A DNA stretch of 64,000 nt from Daphnia carinata (taxonomy: Eukaryota), in NCBI RefSeq assembly GCF_022539665.2, contig NC_081331.1, positions 4,154,001 to 4,218,000 on the forward strand. The letters are read 5' to 3'. Below are positions 63,101 to 64,000 of this stretch, in pieces. Made by a program: the position numbers and the translations under genes. Below the pieces are notes generated by a model. It was given only the letters and a program-made list of their open reading frames with translations, searched no databases and was not told the DNA's origin. Each line of letters starts with the position of its first letter. The stretch's first letter is position 1.

Positions 63101-64000
63101 ACTTCACCTCACACATGGACGAGTTCCATTTCACATTGAAAATATGAGCTGTTCTCACTGAAATGAGTTAAACAGATTACGTTGTGATTGCCCGGGGAAT
63201 TCCCAAAGAAACAATCGAGTATACACTGTTACCCAACTCTAACGACACACTTCATTCGAAGTACTGTACAACGTTGACTGGGAAACAAGTTTTGTTGTCT
63301 AGAAACAAAAAATGGGTGGCCTACAATTCTATTCTACTTTTCAAAATTGAATCTGGATCGCCGAAACGAAATGACAGTTGATCTTTCATTGAAATGGAAC
63401 CCAACGAGTCCGGTCTGAGTTCATGCTGTACAAAAGCTTTCCACCTTGTTGACAGTCTAGTGAATGGCATCACAGTGCCTGATTTTTCTTGTACACATAA
63501 TCGAATAAAACAAGTTCAGCATGGTCCAACTGGATTAAAAGTTTTCTTTCTCGCTGGCTATTGTCCTACAGCACCATGCAGATATTACAGCGTTATGTTT
63601 TTTTCTGAAGAAAATCATTTGCATTGAACTATGGTTGGAATGAAAGAGCGAAACCGAAAGGTCTGACTTTAAATGGGTCGAACTTAATATAGATCCGAAG
63701 ACTAGACCAGGTGAACAACGCAAAGAATTGCAATGCTATTTTCTTGTTCTAAAATTAACTGAAGTACCTCGTCGTTTCACAGTCTCAAGACCTTTTAAAA
63801 ACTAACCGAGTAATTTTTTTTTTAAAGCCTCAATGGCTATTTTTGAAAAATTTCTTAAAATGGAATGCAAAGGAGTTTGAATTATGATGGATATTGCCAC
63901 GGAGCTAAATGGCGAACCAGTCATGTCAAAATGACAATTCACGGTTGAACGTTGAATATTTATTTTCCAAAGTGTGACGGGAAAAGGTGGGAACAGCAGA

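Noticed and set aside
63300..63800. Coding-like minus-strand fragments near the right edge
   Set aside because: Interrupted by stops and no family recognised; insufficient support.
1..64000. CRISPR arrays, operons or rRNA
   Set aside because: Eukaryotic spliced genes throughout; no regularly spaced repeat-spacer array or rRNA-like sequence seen.

Overview
Eukaryotic, intron-rich arthropod DNA. Short ~60-80 bp introns, an intronless FucT-C-like gene and TTAGG motifs point to a branchiopod crustacean such as Daphnia (inference). Bases 1-25,200 are the hedgehog locus on the minus strand: exon 1 at 14364-14858, exon 2 at 325-586, a 13.8 kb intron and ~10 kb of gene-free, homopolymer-rich upstream DNA. 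After a tRNA-Gln pair and a hAT-like MITE, a compact gene cluster follows: SAPCD2-like, borealin-like, a small coiled-coil ORF, GTF3C6, alpha-1,3-fucosyltransferase, an uncharacterised DxD protein, MMAB, SPATA7-like, an unknown secreted protein, EPG5, REV1 and a FucT pseudogene. The most unusual feature is a ~6.2 kb fold-back cassette at ~42.8-49.0 kb. It holds two decayed paralogous multi-exon genes converging on near-identical ~560-bp hairpin-rich inverted arms, which enclose three tRNA-like modules, with hairpin repeats at the outer end and a possible 7-bp target-site duplication. All alignments were done by eye; no searches were run.
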